Positions 1-14,157 of a stretch of 64,000 bases of DNA are shown here, in pieces. How positions within the stretch are numbered: position 1 is the stretch's first letter; each line of letters opens with the position of its first letter. The stretch spans positions 92,026,251 through 92,090,250 of the forward strand of contig NC_058132.1 in NCBI RefSeq assembly GCF_016433145.1. The letters run 5' to 3'. This DNA is from Gracilinanus agilis. Taxonomy: Eukaryota. Below the pieces are notes generated by a model. The model worked only from the letters and a program-made list of their open reading frames with translations, had not been told where the DNA came from and did not search any database. The position numbers and the translations under genes were made by a program.

Positions 1-2394
1 GCGGGGGGGTGGAGAGGGGGCGGCTGCCTGAGGGAGGAGCTGTGGCCACATCCAGCTCTACCCCAGACACATGAAACGCATTTTCTGAGGCCTGGCTGTC
101 AGACCTGTTGTCCAATCCCAGAAATTACCTCTCCAAATGCTCGGTCTTCTTGTTTCAGGGTAGTGCGCTCCCCCCCACCCCCACCCCAGAGAGATCTCGG
201 TCAACTCCCCAGGACCGAGCGGGGCTCCCCAAAAGGCTCAGCTCACGAAGCCTTCAAGGGCTGGATGGTACATCTTTCTGTTACAGGTAGTAGGGCACAG
301 AACCATTGCAGGCTAAAAGGTCCTTTGACTGGGTCAGGTTCCTGCTGGTCCGGAGCTTCTGCCTTTAAACGCATGCACGCCAGTCTGCTGGTGCCACCAG
401 CTCTAGGACATGGCTGCTATTCAAATCCATTCCCCAAAAGAATTCTCTTTGCTCCATACCTTCAGCTCGGCAAGGCCAAGTTCCAGACTGTTTGCTCCTC
501 CCAATTCGGCTACCAGAACAAAAATGTTTCTGGCCCCAGTATGCAGGCTGCTGTTACCCCGGACAGGCTACTGTGGGCTATTGTCCAGTGTGGAATGGCT
601 GACAAAACCCCGGCAGGCCTGCCAGAACCTAATCCCCCATTCTGCTGTGCATCTGTGGGGAGGGGCAGAAAAACCAGGGCACAGAAATAGGGACTAGGAC
701 CAAAGCTCAGGGCTCTGCCCCGAGTCTACAGGTCAACACTCACCTCAGGGACAGCAGAAAAAGAAACAGATCAGAGAGAATCCTGTGTACCATTCTATGG
801 AGCAGGCAGGAAGCAAAAACTGCTCCTGCCGCCCCCACACCCAGTGCAAAACCTGTGCCAACCAGGGAGTCTTTGGGAGGACTACTTCATCTAATTTTAT
901 TTCTGAAAAAATATTTTGAACAACAAATGCAGCAGAAAAATCACTGGGCTTAGAAGTGGGGAGACCTGACTGAATCCAATTCTTAAACTTCCTAGCTAGT
1001 CGCAATTTCTTTATCTCTAAAATGGAGATAGCAACACCAACCTCAGAGGATGTTATGAACAAAGTGCTCTGTAAATCTCATCGCATTATAAATATAAATA
1101 ATCGCGTTATTATGGAAATTCTAAGTACAACAGAGTATTCCCCAAAAAGCAGTATGTATCTCTCCACCCCCTCCCCTTTAGTCCTGTTCCAGAACATACT
1201 CTAGGAACAAGAGCTGGATAATCAATAAATTATCATTGAGATCATCTTAGGTTTGACATTCAAGATTTTCTACAATCTGACTATAATTTGTTTATCTGTC
1301 TCCCCTCTCACTTACAAAAAGGCCTTTGGCTCTAGCCAATCTTGTATATAAAATTGTCTACTACACAAACCTTGTGGGGATTCCTGTCTCAGCATACCAG
1401 TTCATGCCATTATTCCAGTAGGAAAAATGAGTTTCCTATCACTAGCAGTGTTCAAGCAGAGATAAAAAAGGTGGAACTAGACCACCCTGTCAGCCCTGAG
1501 AGGCTATAACCAGAATTGCTTTTCTTCCTTCTCCTGCCAATCTGAACCTTACATTCAAATCTCAGTTGTCTATATAATGTTGGGCAAATCATTTTGCCTC
1601 TCTAAGAATTCGTTTTCCTCTTCTATAAAATGGAAGAATCAAGCTAAATGATCCTTCAGCCCTACAGTGGATCTTAAGTGCCAACATCTCAGCAAAGCCT
1701 TCTCTCAGTATTCCACCCTACAATAAACTGTCTCTCTCATGAACAATTACTGTCTCTATCATATGTTGACATATATTTGCTTTATATTATCAGTTACTAG
1801 ATTATGTGTGTCCATCTCCCTCAAAAAGCTTAGATACTCTTTGAAGAATGGGATGATAGCTCAAACAGGCATGACCTAGATGAGGTCTGCCAGAACAAAA
1901 CTATAAATGTTAATATAGTATAACCAAGCCCCGTCCATCTTAGGTATTTGGCTGGATCTGTAATGTCATGAAGTTTACAAGTCATCAAGTATTTATTAAG
2001 CTTCTTCTATGTCCCAGACACTATCACTGAATATGGGGAAACTGGTGCACTGGTACAGATCTTAATCCCTTCATAGCCCACTATTCTGCATATTTCTCTG
2101 CCATGTCTTTCCATAAACCCTCCATAACAGAAAAAAATGAACTCTATTAATGCAAATTCCCTCTACTCAATGAGTGACGATGCTCTGAGAGCAGCCTGGG
2201 AGTCTTTAAAAAAAGAAAAGCCCATCAGAAAACAATTGCTGAGCAAGCTCACAGCAGTGCCTATAAATGTTATGATATCCATCTTCCATACCACCTTTAA
2301 GACTGAGAGAACTGGTATACCAATAAAGCCTCTGATTCCCTATATTGCTGTAAATCCAAAGTCACATAAGGAATGGAAGGAGAAAATAAGTGCC

Positions 2395-2625
2395 CCCTAT
2401 GTGCCAGGCACTATGCTAAGTAAGCTCTTTACAAATATCTCATTTAACCCTCATAACAACCTTAGGGGGCAGTTGCAGTTATGATCCCCATTTTATGGAT
2501 GAGGAAACTGAGGCAAACAGAGGTTAAGTGTCTTGCTTCGGGTTGTACAGCTAATAAGTATCTAAGTCTAAAATTGAACTCAGGTCTTTCTGACCCCGGG
2601 GTCCAGTATAGTATCATCTAGCTGC
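2395..2625 (-). mobile_element. MIR/MAR1-type CORE-SINE (old)
   Basis: CORE motif ccccattttatggatgaggaaactgaggc...ggttaagtg..ttgc; boundaries approximate. Confidence 0.7.
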
Positions 2626-4658
2626 CTAATGGCACTGCCCCCATATTCACCTACAATTAAGGAGCAGAGAGGCAGGACCCAAACCCAGATCTTCTGACTT
2701 TAAAAGTCCAGTCTGTTTTCTACTACATCCTCCTCCTAAAAGATGTAAGAATTGAATAGTCTGAATTTTAATCATATAGAGAGACCTGGCTCCTAAAATA
2801 AAATGCTCCCTGTAATGTTGATTTTCTAAATTTCTAGGTCCAATCATAACATGACATTGGCTAGGCCTATACATCTTTGTATCTCTCAGCATAGGTTCTT
2901 GGACAGTGACACACCGAGTATTTGAATGACTTCCTGAGGGCTCTAATTGGCTGCATTTCGCCTTCAAATTCCCAATCAAAACCTAGGATCACCAAGGAAC
3001 AACATTTATTTCTATGCCATTTGAAGTTAGGAAAACATTTTATTGATGGCAATCCTCTTATTATAGGCACTACAAGTATCATTATTTTACATATGTAGAA
3101 ATTGGAGACTGAAAGGATAAAGTGACCTGCCAAAGCCTCCTGGATACTACAAATCAGAATTGAGACTTAATCCCAGGTTCTCTGGCTCCCAAGTCCCCAT
3201 ATGCTTCCTACTACACATCATTGAAAGGGGGGCTGAGGTTGAAATGTACCAGAAGGGAGCCAAGAATTACAGACGATTCATGGGAGGGGATCAGAGCAAC
3301 AACCCAATAGAGCCTGAAAGGGATACCTAGGAGGGAGGTCAAGTTTACCCATGATACCTCTTCACAATTCACCCTAATAATTTAGCTTAACATGGCATGG
3401 AGGTGGGGTAGGGAGACTGGGAGAAGGGAAGCCCAATATCTGCTTTTCTTCCCTCCCTATATAGAATTCTGCAGAGCTGGGAGGGCCCCTGATGATAGTA
3501 CAATCTGGCCATGAGGGGGATGAGGAGTAGACAAACCCTCGGGGGGGAGGAAACTTTCCTGTACCTCCCCCAGATTCATATCATGTCCCTGATGGTCCCA
3601 GAGCCACTCCTACATACCATCCTCTCATCCACTTCCATTGCTGTTTTCTCTGATCTCCAACTCCAGATCATATGCATTAAATTCATGTCTAAGGATAAGG
3701 CATCAGGCTCCCTTTCTTGAAGCTTTCCTCCATTAACAAGGAGACTATTAAATCCAGTGATGTCATTGGAGGGGAAAAAAAACTCCCTAAGAAATGAATG
3801 AATCAAAAATACTTACAAGACTCTAACAAGCTGGAACAACAAAATCTGGCACTGTTAAACTATGTCTCACTACTCAATGGGGGAAAAAAAGGCAGCACAG
3901 CTCCATTGTCCTATATTAAAGCCATGTTTGCATGGCCAATGACTGAGTTCTCAGACAGTTCTTTGTGGTTACCAGACCATCAAAATGGGCCATGTTCAAT
4001 TTCCCCAATCCCTCTTTAGAATCACTCACGTTGGACATTGGAGCTAGAAATCATAGAAGAGGCAGTGTGACAAAAGCACTGGCCTGGTAATTCAGAAGAC
4101 TGGCCTTTTCAGTCAAATTATACTTTATATCCATCTTGGTGCCCTACACGTCAGCCAAAACGAACTCAAGTCTGTTGTTTGTATTCCTTGCCCTTGGCTG
4201 CACTGTTCCCTAGACTGACAATGTCCCTTTTCTCCCCTGCTGCATATCTACATGGTGAAACTGGACCTGCATGACCCCAATCAAGAGCTACCTTCTCCAT
4301 GGAGTAGGTTGTGATTTTTCTGAGCAAACTGGATTTTTCCTTCTTTAAATGGTACTTTTCTAAAACCTTTTTAATGCTCTTAATCTACTTCATGCTGTAC
4401 TGGAGTAATGTGTGTTCATGTCTTGTAACCCGCCTTATATAACGAAGACTGGGAGCCTTATTCATTATAACATTGTATTTGGATAGAAATAGGGACTGAA
4501 TCTGGAATTTCATTGGTACAGGGAAGAAGAAGAAACTGTTTCTAACAAAACAGGCCAGAACTTCTTCTATAGCTTAAAGAGTCTTGGGAAATTACTTGTA
4601 GCATTGAGAGGTTAAGTGATGCTGAAGGTTAAACAGCTAGTGTCAGAGGTGAGACTTG

Positions 4659-5145
4659 GGCACCTAGACGGTACAGTAGACAAAGCACTGGACCTGCAGT
4701 GAAGAAGATCTGACTTCAAATTTGACTTCAGACACATATTAGCTATATGATCCTGGTCAAGTTACTTAACCTCAGTTAGTCTCAATTTCCTTAACTGTAC
4801 AATGGAGATAAATAATAGCACCTACCTTGCATGGTGGTTGTTGTGAGGATTAAATGAGATAACTATAAAGCTCTTGACACAATATATGGCATATAGTAAG
4901 CCCTATATTTTGTTGTTGTTTAGAGATTTTCAGTGGTGTCTGACTCTGTTACCCCATTTGGGGCTTTCTTGGCAGAGATACAGGACCTTTTTGCCATTTT
5001 CTTCTCCAAGTCATTTTATGGATGAGGAAACTGAAGCAAACAGGGTGAAATTACTTGTGCTGTCACCCATCTAGTGTCTGAAGCCAGATTTGAACTCAGG
5101 AAGATAAATCTCCAGGCCTGGCACTCTACCTACTGCACTACTACT
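4659..5145. mobile_element. Two adjacent CORE-SINEs: MIR-like (+, about 4659-4900) and MAR1-like (-, about 4905-5145)
   Basis: tRNA-like head, CORE (cctcagtt..tcaatttcc..ctgtacaatggg) and MIR tail; second copy carries MAR1 tail ttggcagagatac..tttgccatttt in reverse. Confidence 0.65.
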
Positions 5146-6829
5146 ATGACTGCTATGACTTGAACCAGCTCTTTCTGGCTTTGGAACATTTTGTACCAAT
5201 TTGGAAATGGATCCTCCCAGACCTTCCCTTTAAGAAAGGTACTCAGCCATTCATCTTTGTGTTTCCCACTAGGCTGCACTAAAGTTCTTTCCTCTAGTCT
5301 TCTCCTTTATACTCTAGAGATATAAGTACCTTCTTTCCCTCCCCCTAATGAAAGTCAATGCTTTGAGGGCAGGGGCTGTCTTGCTTTTTGCCTGTATTTA
5401 TATTTCTACTGCTTAAAGACAGGGCTCCAAGAATTTCCCTAGTGCCTATCATATTCCGTAGGACAATGTGTAAATTCATTTAACATTATAGAGTTCAGTT
5501 TCTTCATCTTTAAAATAATAAGGATACTTATACTATCTATCTCACAGGGTCATTGAAAGAAAAATGATTTAGAAACCATCAAGCACTAAATAAATGTAAA
5601 TTGTCTAGTCCAAATTCCCTTTTCATATATAAGTGAGATACAAAGATATTATGTAACATCTCTGATCAAATGTCCCTTTACAGCTGGCAGAATAAAGCTT
5701 AGTTGACTTAGCTTGGACTTTTAAAACTATTTATGAAAAAACGTTTTTAATAAAAATAATATTTAAAAAATACTATTGTGCTTTAAGAAATGACAAAAAG
5801 GACAGTTTCAAAGAAACCTGAGAAGATTTGTGAATTGATACAGAGTAAAGTGAGCAGAACCAGAACTAACATCACTGGAAAGTCAAACAACTTTGAGATA
5901 CTGTAGAACTCTGATCAGCGAACCCAAGGACCAACAATTATTCCAGAGAAATATTGATAAAATATGCTGACCACTTCCTGATAAGAGGTAATACATAACA
6001 GAAAAATAAATAAAAATTAAAAACTGTGCCTAACCAATGTTGGAATCTGTTTTGCTTGATTATGAACATTTGTTACAAGAGTTTTGTTTTTAATTTGAGG
6101 AAAGGGAGACAAGAGGGAGAGAAAATTAATGCTTGTATGTTGAAAAAAATAGTTAAAAGTAAATAAAACCTTCCACAACCTAGCCTTACTACTACTTCCA
6201 AATCACTATATCTCTGTCCTGCCATGTCTGGCCTAATGCCTTTAAAAATCTGTTTCTTCTTTAACATTCCCATTTGCCATTATACTGATCCAGACTCCCA
6301 TTACCTGTCACTTATAGATTACTGCAATAGTCTCCTAATTAGGTTCTTTTCTACTCTCCTTTGGCTCTAGTTCATTTTGCACGTTCCTGTCAAAATAAAC
6401 CTCCTAATACATAGGTCTGATCAACTATAAAAAAGGAGATTAACCAATCCTTAGAGCCCTTTCCAGGTCTAATAATCTCTTATGTCAAAATTCACCTGCC
6501 TAATAATCTTCACTGGTTCCTCTACAGAATAAAATTCAACATTTGAACCTTCACAATATAGTATGGCACCAATTTACCTTTCCATTCTTATTCCCACACT
6601 ATCCCACTCAGCTACCTTGTAATCCAGCCAAAGTAGATGACTCATTTCCTGGACCTGCCTGGAATGTTTTCAGCTCTGCTTCTGCTGGATTTCTTTCCTA
6701 TCCCTGTATGCCTTATCCCAACACTGCTACCTTTTGAAATACTATCCATTCTTCAAGGCCCAACTTAATAATGGTAAGTCCATATTTATATACTACTTCA
6801 TACAGTTTCACAGTCTCAAAGTTGGAAGG

Positions 6830-7960
6830 AACTTCACAGGTTTAAAGAATACCTTTACAAGAATAAGAATCTATTATATAACATGGCTGCAAAGTAATTG
6901 TTCAGCTTTTGCTTGCAGCCCATTCCACTTTTGGGTAGATACAATTGTTAGGAATTGTTTCATTATTTCAAGGCCAAATTTCCATCTTCCTAGTTCTGTC
7001 CTCTAGGATTCAAAACAAATCTAGTCTCTGTTTCATGTAATAAGACTTTCAAATAGCTGAAGATAGCTACCATGTCCCCTAAAGTCCTCACTGCTAAACA
7101 TTTCCAGTTTTTTTTCAACCCATTTTCATAAAAAATGATGTCAATATCCTTACAATAATGGCTACCTTACTCTTGACACTTTCCACATTATCAATGTTGG
7201 TCCTAAAATGTAGAGACCAGAACTGAACACAAAACTCTAGATGTATATGACAGCCATGCCAGGCTACATCCACCCTTGTCCTAGATGCTAGACTTCTCTT
7301 AATGAGATTGAAGTAGCTCTTGCAGCTGTTATACCACATTACTAATTCACTATAAGCCTGCAAACTACTAAAACTCCAGATCTTTTTCAGACATATTGCT
7401 ATAGAACTCTACCATCTTAAGAGCTATAAAACTGAATCTGAATGTATGAATTTATATTTATCTTCATAACATTTCACCTTATTAGATTTGGCCCCATTTT
7501 AATCTGGTCAAGATCATTTTGAATCCTTTCAACTAAAGTGTTATCTTTTCCAGCTTTATATTATCTACACATCTGATAAGCATTCTGTCTCCAACTTTAG
7601 CCAAGTCATTCATAGAATTAAGGAATGTGCACACTGGAAGAGATCCAAGTGGCCATTAAGTCTAACTAATCATATATGAAAGAGATCCTCATAATATGCC
7701 CTACCCTACAAGTAGGATGTATAGCCTCTGCTTGAAGGAGAGAGAACCCACCATTTCTCCAGGTAACTTACCACTCTTTTGGACAATTCTAATCATTAGG
7801 AAATTTCCCCTAATATCAGGCCTGAATTTGCTTTTTTTCAACTTTTGCCATTGCTCTTGGTTCTAATATCTGGGGCCAAACTGAACAAGTCTAGTCCTTC
7901 CTCTAATATGACAGTCTTTCAAACACTTGAAGACAACCATCATATGAATTTTCTCTAGGC
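6830..7960 (-). mobile_element. CR1/L3 LINE ORF2 remnants
   Basis: ORF 7115-7363 (-) reads RSLASRTRV...HLEFCVQFWSLHFRTNIDNVESV, resembling the CR1 RT C-terminal motif [23 protein letters not shown]. Confidence 0.7.
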
Positions 7961-8149
7961 TAAACATTGATTTCATATAGCACAATATTTTTTTCCTTTA
8001 CTGCCAATTATTATTGGATCATCCACCCCAAGTAAGGTGGTAAACCATTTTTTGATACTCCTTTTTCTCTCAATATAGCTTAAAAAACAAAAACCAAAAA
8101 AAAAACCCAACCTTCTTTTTGTTGTCCTTAGACTTTCATACCAGCTACA

Positions 8150-8820
8150 CACCATACTGTGAGCTTGAGCATTCCTGACACTATTTTTTAATGGGCCAAG
8201 TTATATTCAATTACCTATCAAAACCCTTAAAACCTACATTCCTAAAACATGAAAATAGAATTAACATGTTTAACATTTTCCAAATGAATAGTTTCAATTG
8301 ATTATGGACTCCGTAACAATATAAAAATGTAACACTTTCTAATTAGTTTGCAAGAAAAGCTTGAATCAGGAAAAATGAAAGTTTACTAGTCAAATTTCAA
8401 TAAAAACCTTTAGAAAAGACTGAAAAATGAAGATCAAAATTTAAAAAGCAGAATCAACAATGTATTTCCCCCATTTGGATCTAAGTATCTTTACAAATTA
8501 TCTTTTTCAACTATGACAGTTATTAAAACCACGTATTGAAATAAACTAAATTTAGAGCCAAACCTTAGAATCACTGTATCAGTGTTAAGCCAATTTATTA
8601 AAAAATTAAACACATTACTCTAAGTAAAATATTAATATTTACATGTTAATAATAATTAATAAGATCTTGCTAAGGAAAATGTTTTTGAGCTAGAAGTAAA
8701 CAAAAAAATTTTATTGTTTATTTTTATAAATAAATATTTTTTATATTTGGGCTCAAATACATGTATACTCAAATCCTTTTTACAAATAAGATGAATAATC
8801 AAAAAAGTTTGGAGAGCAAT
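8150..8820 (+). mobile_element. Decayed hAT (Charlie-like) transposase 3' fragment
   Basis: 8462-8580 translates VFPPFGSKYLYKLSFSTMTVIKTTY*NKLNLEPNLRITVS, like the hAT C-terminal dimerisation motif (PF.S.YLCE..FS.M..IKTKYRN.L..E..LR); outer boundaries approximate. Confidence 0.65.
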
Positions 8821-8829
8821 TATCTAGCC

Positions 8830-9170
8830 CAGTGATGGGCAAACTTTTTTTTTTTTTAAACTCTTACCTTCTGCAGAAGAGTGGTAAGGGTAGGCAATGA
8901 TGGTCAAGTGACTTGCCCAGGGTCACACAGCTGGGAAGTGTCTGAGGCCAGATTTGAACCCAGGACCTGGCTCTCAATCCACTGAGCTACCCAGCTGCCC
9001 CCAATGGGCAAACTTTTAAAGAGGGGGCCAAAGGAAAGGAAATGCTCATCTGTCAGTCTGTTTCTAAGGCAACTCTTTCAAAGTTTCATTATATTGTATC
9101 CTACTCATTGTTTTGGTCAGCTTAGGAATAATGCCACATCTGGCCACTGGCCATAGTTTGCCCATCACTG
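8830..9170. mobile_element. Non-autonomous hAT MITE (family A) interrupted by a SINE
   Basis: TIRs CAGTGATGGGCAAACT / AGTTTGCCCATCACTG; perfect 8-bp TSD ATCTAGCC at 8822-8829 and 9171-9178; second copy at 22527. Confidence 0.92.
8849..9002 (-). mobile_element. Opossum-type tRNA-derived SINE (SINE-1-like)
   Basis: Reverse head gggcagctgggtagctcagtggattgagag, poly-T tail; duplication ATGGGCAAACTTTT at 8835-8848 and 9004-9017. Confidence 0.9.
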
Positions 9171-9949
9171 ATCTAGCCCATTATGTCTCCCAAAATGCCA
9201 TGAGAGACTGAAAAATACTTCGCTAATAATGCTATCCAAAAAGTAAATTAGGTTTGTCTGACATAGCCTGTTCTTGCTGTTACTGGTTCTTTCTGACTAT
9301 TACTTCCTTCACTAGATCTTTATTAATGATCCATTTAATAATACATTCTAGAATTTTATTGGGAATCAATTCCAAACAATTCATTCGGGTGCCAAAGTAA
9401 TTTTCCTAAAGCCCAGATCTGACCACCTTACTATACTAACCCAAACTCCAAGGGCTCTTGATTACCTTTAGGATCAAATATAAAGTCTTCTGGTAATTAA
9501 AGTCCTTCACAAACCAGCCCTTTGTACCCTCACTCCCTAGGTCTTCTCAAACACTTTATTTCGCCACCCCCACCCCCTAGCACTCAATGATCCAAACTTC
9601 ACTGGCTTACTTATTGTTGCTCATATAGGATGTGCATCCCTTCTCCTGATTCTACCTACTTACGCCTTTCCTCACCTGTCTCCAACCTTACATGGTTTCT
9701 TTGCAACTCAGCTCAAAACCCATCTTCTGCAGAAGGCCCTTCATAGAATTCACCTACTCATCTCCCTTTACCACTATCTATTAATATCAACTCTCAGGAA
9801 TTACCTTCTATTAGGATTTATAGATCTCATTTGTACAGTTATTTGCATGTTATCTCTTCCATTTGAATGTGAGCACCTACAATTTAGAGGAGTGACAAAC
9901 AATAAAAGCTTGTTAACTGAGTGACATTGGTTTATAAAAGTTTTCCCAG

Positions 9950-11510
9950 TTTCCTTTGAAATTATCAATTTTCGTGGCACTGCAATATTCCATTAATTCA
10001 TATGCCATTTCATTAGGACACCCCCTTTTATTTCCAATTTTTTGTTTCCATGAAAAAAGGTGCTATAAATATTTTGCACATATAGATCCTTTTCTAATTT
10101 CTTTGGAATATAGGCCTAGTAGTGGTATAACTGAGTTTAAAAGGTATGCACAGTTTGTCAGCTTTCTGAGTATTGTTCCAAAATGCTTGTCAGAACTGCT
10201 AGACCAATTCAAGATATCAACCACACTGTACCAGTTTACCCATTTTCACATATTCCCTCCAGTATCTGTCATTTCTGCCAATCTGATGAGTGAGGTAAAA
10301 CTTCAAAATTGCTTTAATTTTCATTTCTCTATTAATGATTTGGAGCATGTTTCCATATAATTGTTGATTGTCTGAATTTATTTCTTCATTTTTTGTTTTT
10401 GTGGATTACAGATAGATTGCCAGGTCTCGAATTGGGAAGACCTGGGTTCCAGTCTAGCCACAGATTTAATCCGAACTGCTTAAGGGCCTGTACCACTGTT
10501 CTGCCTTGGAACTGATTCTTCATACTAATTGTAAGACAGAAAGTAAGGGTTTTAAAAAAAAGAAAAGAATAGAAAATTGCTTGTTCATAACCTTTGATCA
10601 TCTAATTTTGGGGGATTGACTCCCTACTATATTTTCAGTTTATAAAGTCAGGATTTTAACCCAGGCTTTCTGATTCCACTTTAAGGGACCTTCCTATAGC
10701 TGTTCAACTTCTACTTTTTTGTATCATGGTTACTTATGTCCTTGTTTAATCTTCTATACTATTTACTCTTTAAGGGTAAGGATTCTTTTTTTTAAAACCC
10801 TTACCTTCTTAGAATCAATTCTAAGACAGAAGAGTGGCAAGGACTAGGCCAAATTTGAACCTGGGTCCTCCTGGCACCAGGCCTAACACTCATGCTACAG
10901 CTGCTCCAAGGCTCTTTTTTTTTTTTTAATTATCATGCAAAACACACTTCCATATTGGTCACTGTTGTAAGGGCACACTCATATAAAATCCAACCCCCAA
11001 AATAAAAACATAAATATACTGATGAGAAAGGTAGTATATTTTGATCTGCATCCATCTGACTTCAACAATTCTTTCTCTGGAAGTGGATAGCATTCTCTGT
11101 CATTAGTCTTTCAGGATTGTCCCAGATCACTGAATTGCTGAGAGTAGCTAAGTTTTCACAGTTGATCATCGTACAATATTGCTGTTACTGTGTACAGAAT
11201 TCTCCTATTTCTGCTTATTTTGCTTCACATCAGATCCTTCAAATCTTTCCACCTTTTTCTGAAATCATCTTACTTATTGTTTCTTATAGCACAATAGCAA
11301 AATGTACCAGTTTTTGTTCAGCCATTCCCCAACTGATGGACCCCCCCAAATTTCCAATTTTTTGCCACTACAAAAAGAGCTGCTATAAATATTTTTATAC
11401 AAGTAGGTCCTTTCCCTTTATTGTTTATTTATTGTTTATTATCTCTTTGGGATAAAGACCCAGTAGTGATATTACAGGATCAAAGGGTATGCACATTTTT
11501 ATAACCTGCC
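9950..11510 (-). mobile_element. Old L1 3' fragments (about 9950-10385 and 10920-11510) with intervening SINEs
   Basis: Reverse L1 3' signatures (tttttgccactacaaaaagagctgctataaatattt; cccagtagtgatattacaggatcaaagggtatg). Confidence 0.7.
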
Positions 11511-13419
11511 CCAAGAACTCTTTAAATGCCAAGCATAAAGTCTTATGTAGACTAAATAGTTAATTCAATATATTAAACTTAGTTGACTCTCAATCAGTTG
11601 GATTAGACTACTTCTACTTCCCCCTTTTCTCCATAGTGGTTTTGCCTAATATATATATATATCCTTTTCTTAACTAATTTTTTTCTTTTCAAACAAAGAT
11701 CTATCTTCTCCCGTCTTCCCCATCAGTCATCATTGTGAAAGAAAAACAAAATCCCATTTCAAATATGTCTAATCAAGCTATCCAAAAAAGATTTTAACCT
11801 AGATTTGAGTCCCTTATCTCTCTTCTAGGAAGTGGACACCATGTTTCAACATTTCTCTGGAATTATGTTTGATCAGCGTTAACGGATAGGACTTACAACC
11901 TCTAAAGAACTCTTCAAAAGATGAAAGAGGTTTTAAAAATATAAAAGATTCATCAAATTTCTATCCTGCCAAAAAACCTCTCCCTAAGACGTCAACTTAA
12001 ATGTCCACTTAATGAACTTAAATGTTAAAATATCACTTGCCAATAATATTCAGGCATATATCCCTGATCATATCTTAGTCTAGGGAAATTCTGGATCTTA
12101 ATTTCTTTTCATATATAAACAGTACTACAGAGACAGCTAAGTGGTGCAGTGGACAGAATGCCAGGCCTGGATTCTAAAAGTTATGGATTTAAATTTGTCC
12201 ACAGTCACTAGATTTCTAGCTATATGACCTTGGGCTAGTCACTTAAACTTAACTAACTAGTTCTTACAACTCTCCTGTCTTAGAATTGATACTAAGACAA
12301 AAGGTAAAAGATTTAAAAAAAATACTACCACAGATAATACTTTAAAAAGCAAATATTTCTATACCTCAGTTCTTAACAAAGACTAGTTACAGTGTAGATG
12401 GGAAAGTTTGCCAATAAGTAAGCTTTTATTAAATGCCTACTGGGTGCCCAGCATTGGAGATACATAAAATAAGCAAAATAGTTTTGTATCTCAAGGAACT
12501 AACAATCAATTAGGAAAACAAAAAATATATAGTAATACAAAGAATATACAATATAAATATCAAGAAACTTTGGGATTGGGGAGAGACCAGAAAAGGTTTC
12601 ATTGAAGAGGTGGCATTTGAGCTGATCTTTGCTGAAAGTTGGGGCTCCCAAGAGAGATAATGAGAGAACACATGAATGACAATCTCTACAAAGGCATACA
12701 GAATATGCAAAGGCATAGAATAACTTCCCTAATAGTTGTTATTGGTTGTTCAGTTGTTTCAGGTGTATCCAATTCTCTGGGACCCTATTTGGGGTTTTCT
12801 TAACAAAGATACTAGAGTGATCTACCATTTCCTTTTCCAGTTCATTTTATAGATTAAAAAAAAAAAAACCCTGAGGGAAAATGGGTTAAGTTAAATGGAG
12901 TTTAACACAGCTAGCAAGTGTCTTGAGACCACATTTGAACTCGGGTTTTTCCTGACTTGAAGCCTGGCACTCTACCCACTGCACCACCTAGCTGACCCTT
13001 GCATAACAGCAAGATCAATTTGGCCAGATAGTAAAATACATGAGTAGTAATAGATAATCAGACTGGAAAGGCAGGTTAGAATTAAGCTGGAACAGGCTTT
13101 AAATAGAAGGAGATTCTATTTGATACTAGAAGGAATAGGGGAGCCACTAGAGTTTTCTGAGCAGGGAAGTGACATTTAGGAATATCTCTTTGGCATCTGA
13201 ATGAAGAATGAGGAAAGAAGTGAGAGACTGGAATCAAAGTTATGAGTCAGAAGACTGTTGCAATAGTTCAGGTAAAAGGTCATGACATACTGAATTAGGA
13301 GGATAGTCATGGAAGAAGAAAAAGGGGAGGGATATGAAAATGACTAAGGAAGTCAAATAGATCAGATCTGCTGAGTGAATGAATATGGAAGGAGAAGCAC
13401 AAAAAAGTCAAAAAGGCCT

Positions 13420-14050
13420 CCAAAATATGGCCAAAGGACTTTAAAAGACTACAAAGCCCTTTGATCCAGCAATACCATTACTAGGTTTATACCCCAAAGA
13501 GATAATAATTGGTGGCAAAAAATATGGGTGTCCCTCAATTGGGGAATGGCTGAACAAATTGTGGGATATGATGGTGATGGAATACTATTGTACTATAAGG
13601 AATGATAAACTGCTTGATTTCTAAGTGAACTGGGAAGACCTCCACAAACTGATGAAGAAAGAAATGAGCAGAACCAAGAGAACATTGTACACAGAAAGTA
13701 AAACACTGTGGGATGATCAAACGTAATTGACTTTGCTACTAGTAGCAATGCAATGAATCAGTACAATCCCAAGGGACTTATGAGAAAGAAAGCTATCCAC
13801 ATTGAAAGAAAGAACTGTAGGAGAGTAGACACAAGGAAGAAAAACATGATTTATCAATTGTTTATATGGGTATAGGATGAGAGGTTTTGGTTTAAAAGAT
13901 TATTACAAGAAATGAATAATATGTAAATAGGTATTGAGTGATAACATATGTATATCTCAGTGGAATTGCTTGTCAGGTGGGGGAGTGGGGAAGAGGGGAG
14001 GGAGAGAACATGAATCATGTAACCATGGAAAAATACCTTAAAATAAATAA
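13420..14050 (+). mobile_element. L1 3' end fragment
   Basis: L1 ORF2 C-terminus and 3'UTR (tttgatccagcaatacca..tataccccaaagag; catgaatcatgtaaccatggaaaaata) with A-rich tail. Confidence 0.85.
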
Positions 14051-14157
14051 TTAAATAGATTTTTGAGAAGGCCCCCAAAATTAGAAAACTGGGTAACTAC
14101 AGTGTTAAGAAAAAATAATCTGTAGCTACCCAGTTTTCTAATCTTGGAGGCATTTTT

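Noticed and set aside
108-697. Three overlapping + ORFs up to 175 aa
   Set aside because: No recognisable domain or homolog; expected in GC-rich sequence; antisense to the presumed host gene
2137-2484. 115-aa ORF
   Set aside because: No recognisable motif; its 3' end runs into a MIR-type SINE
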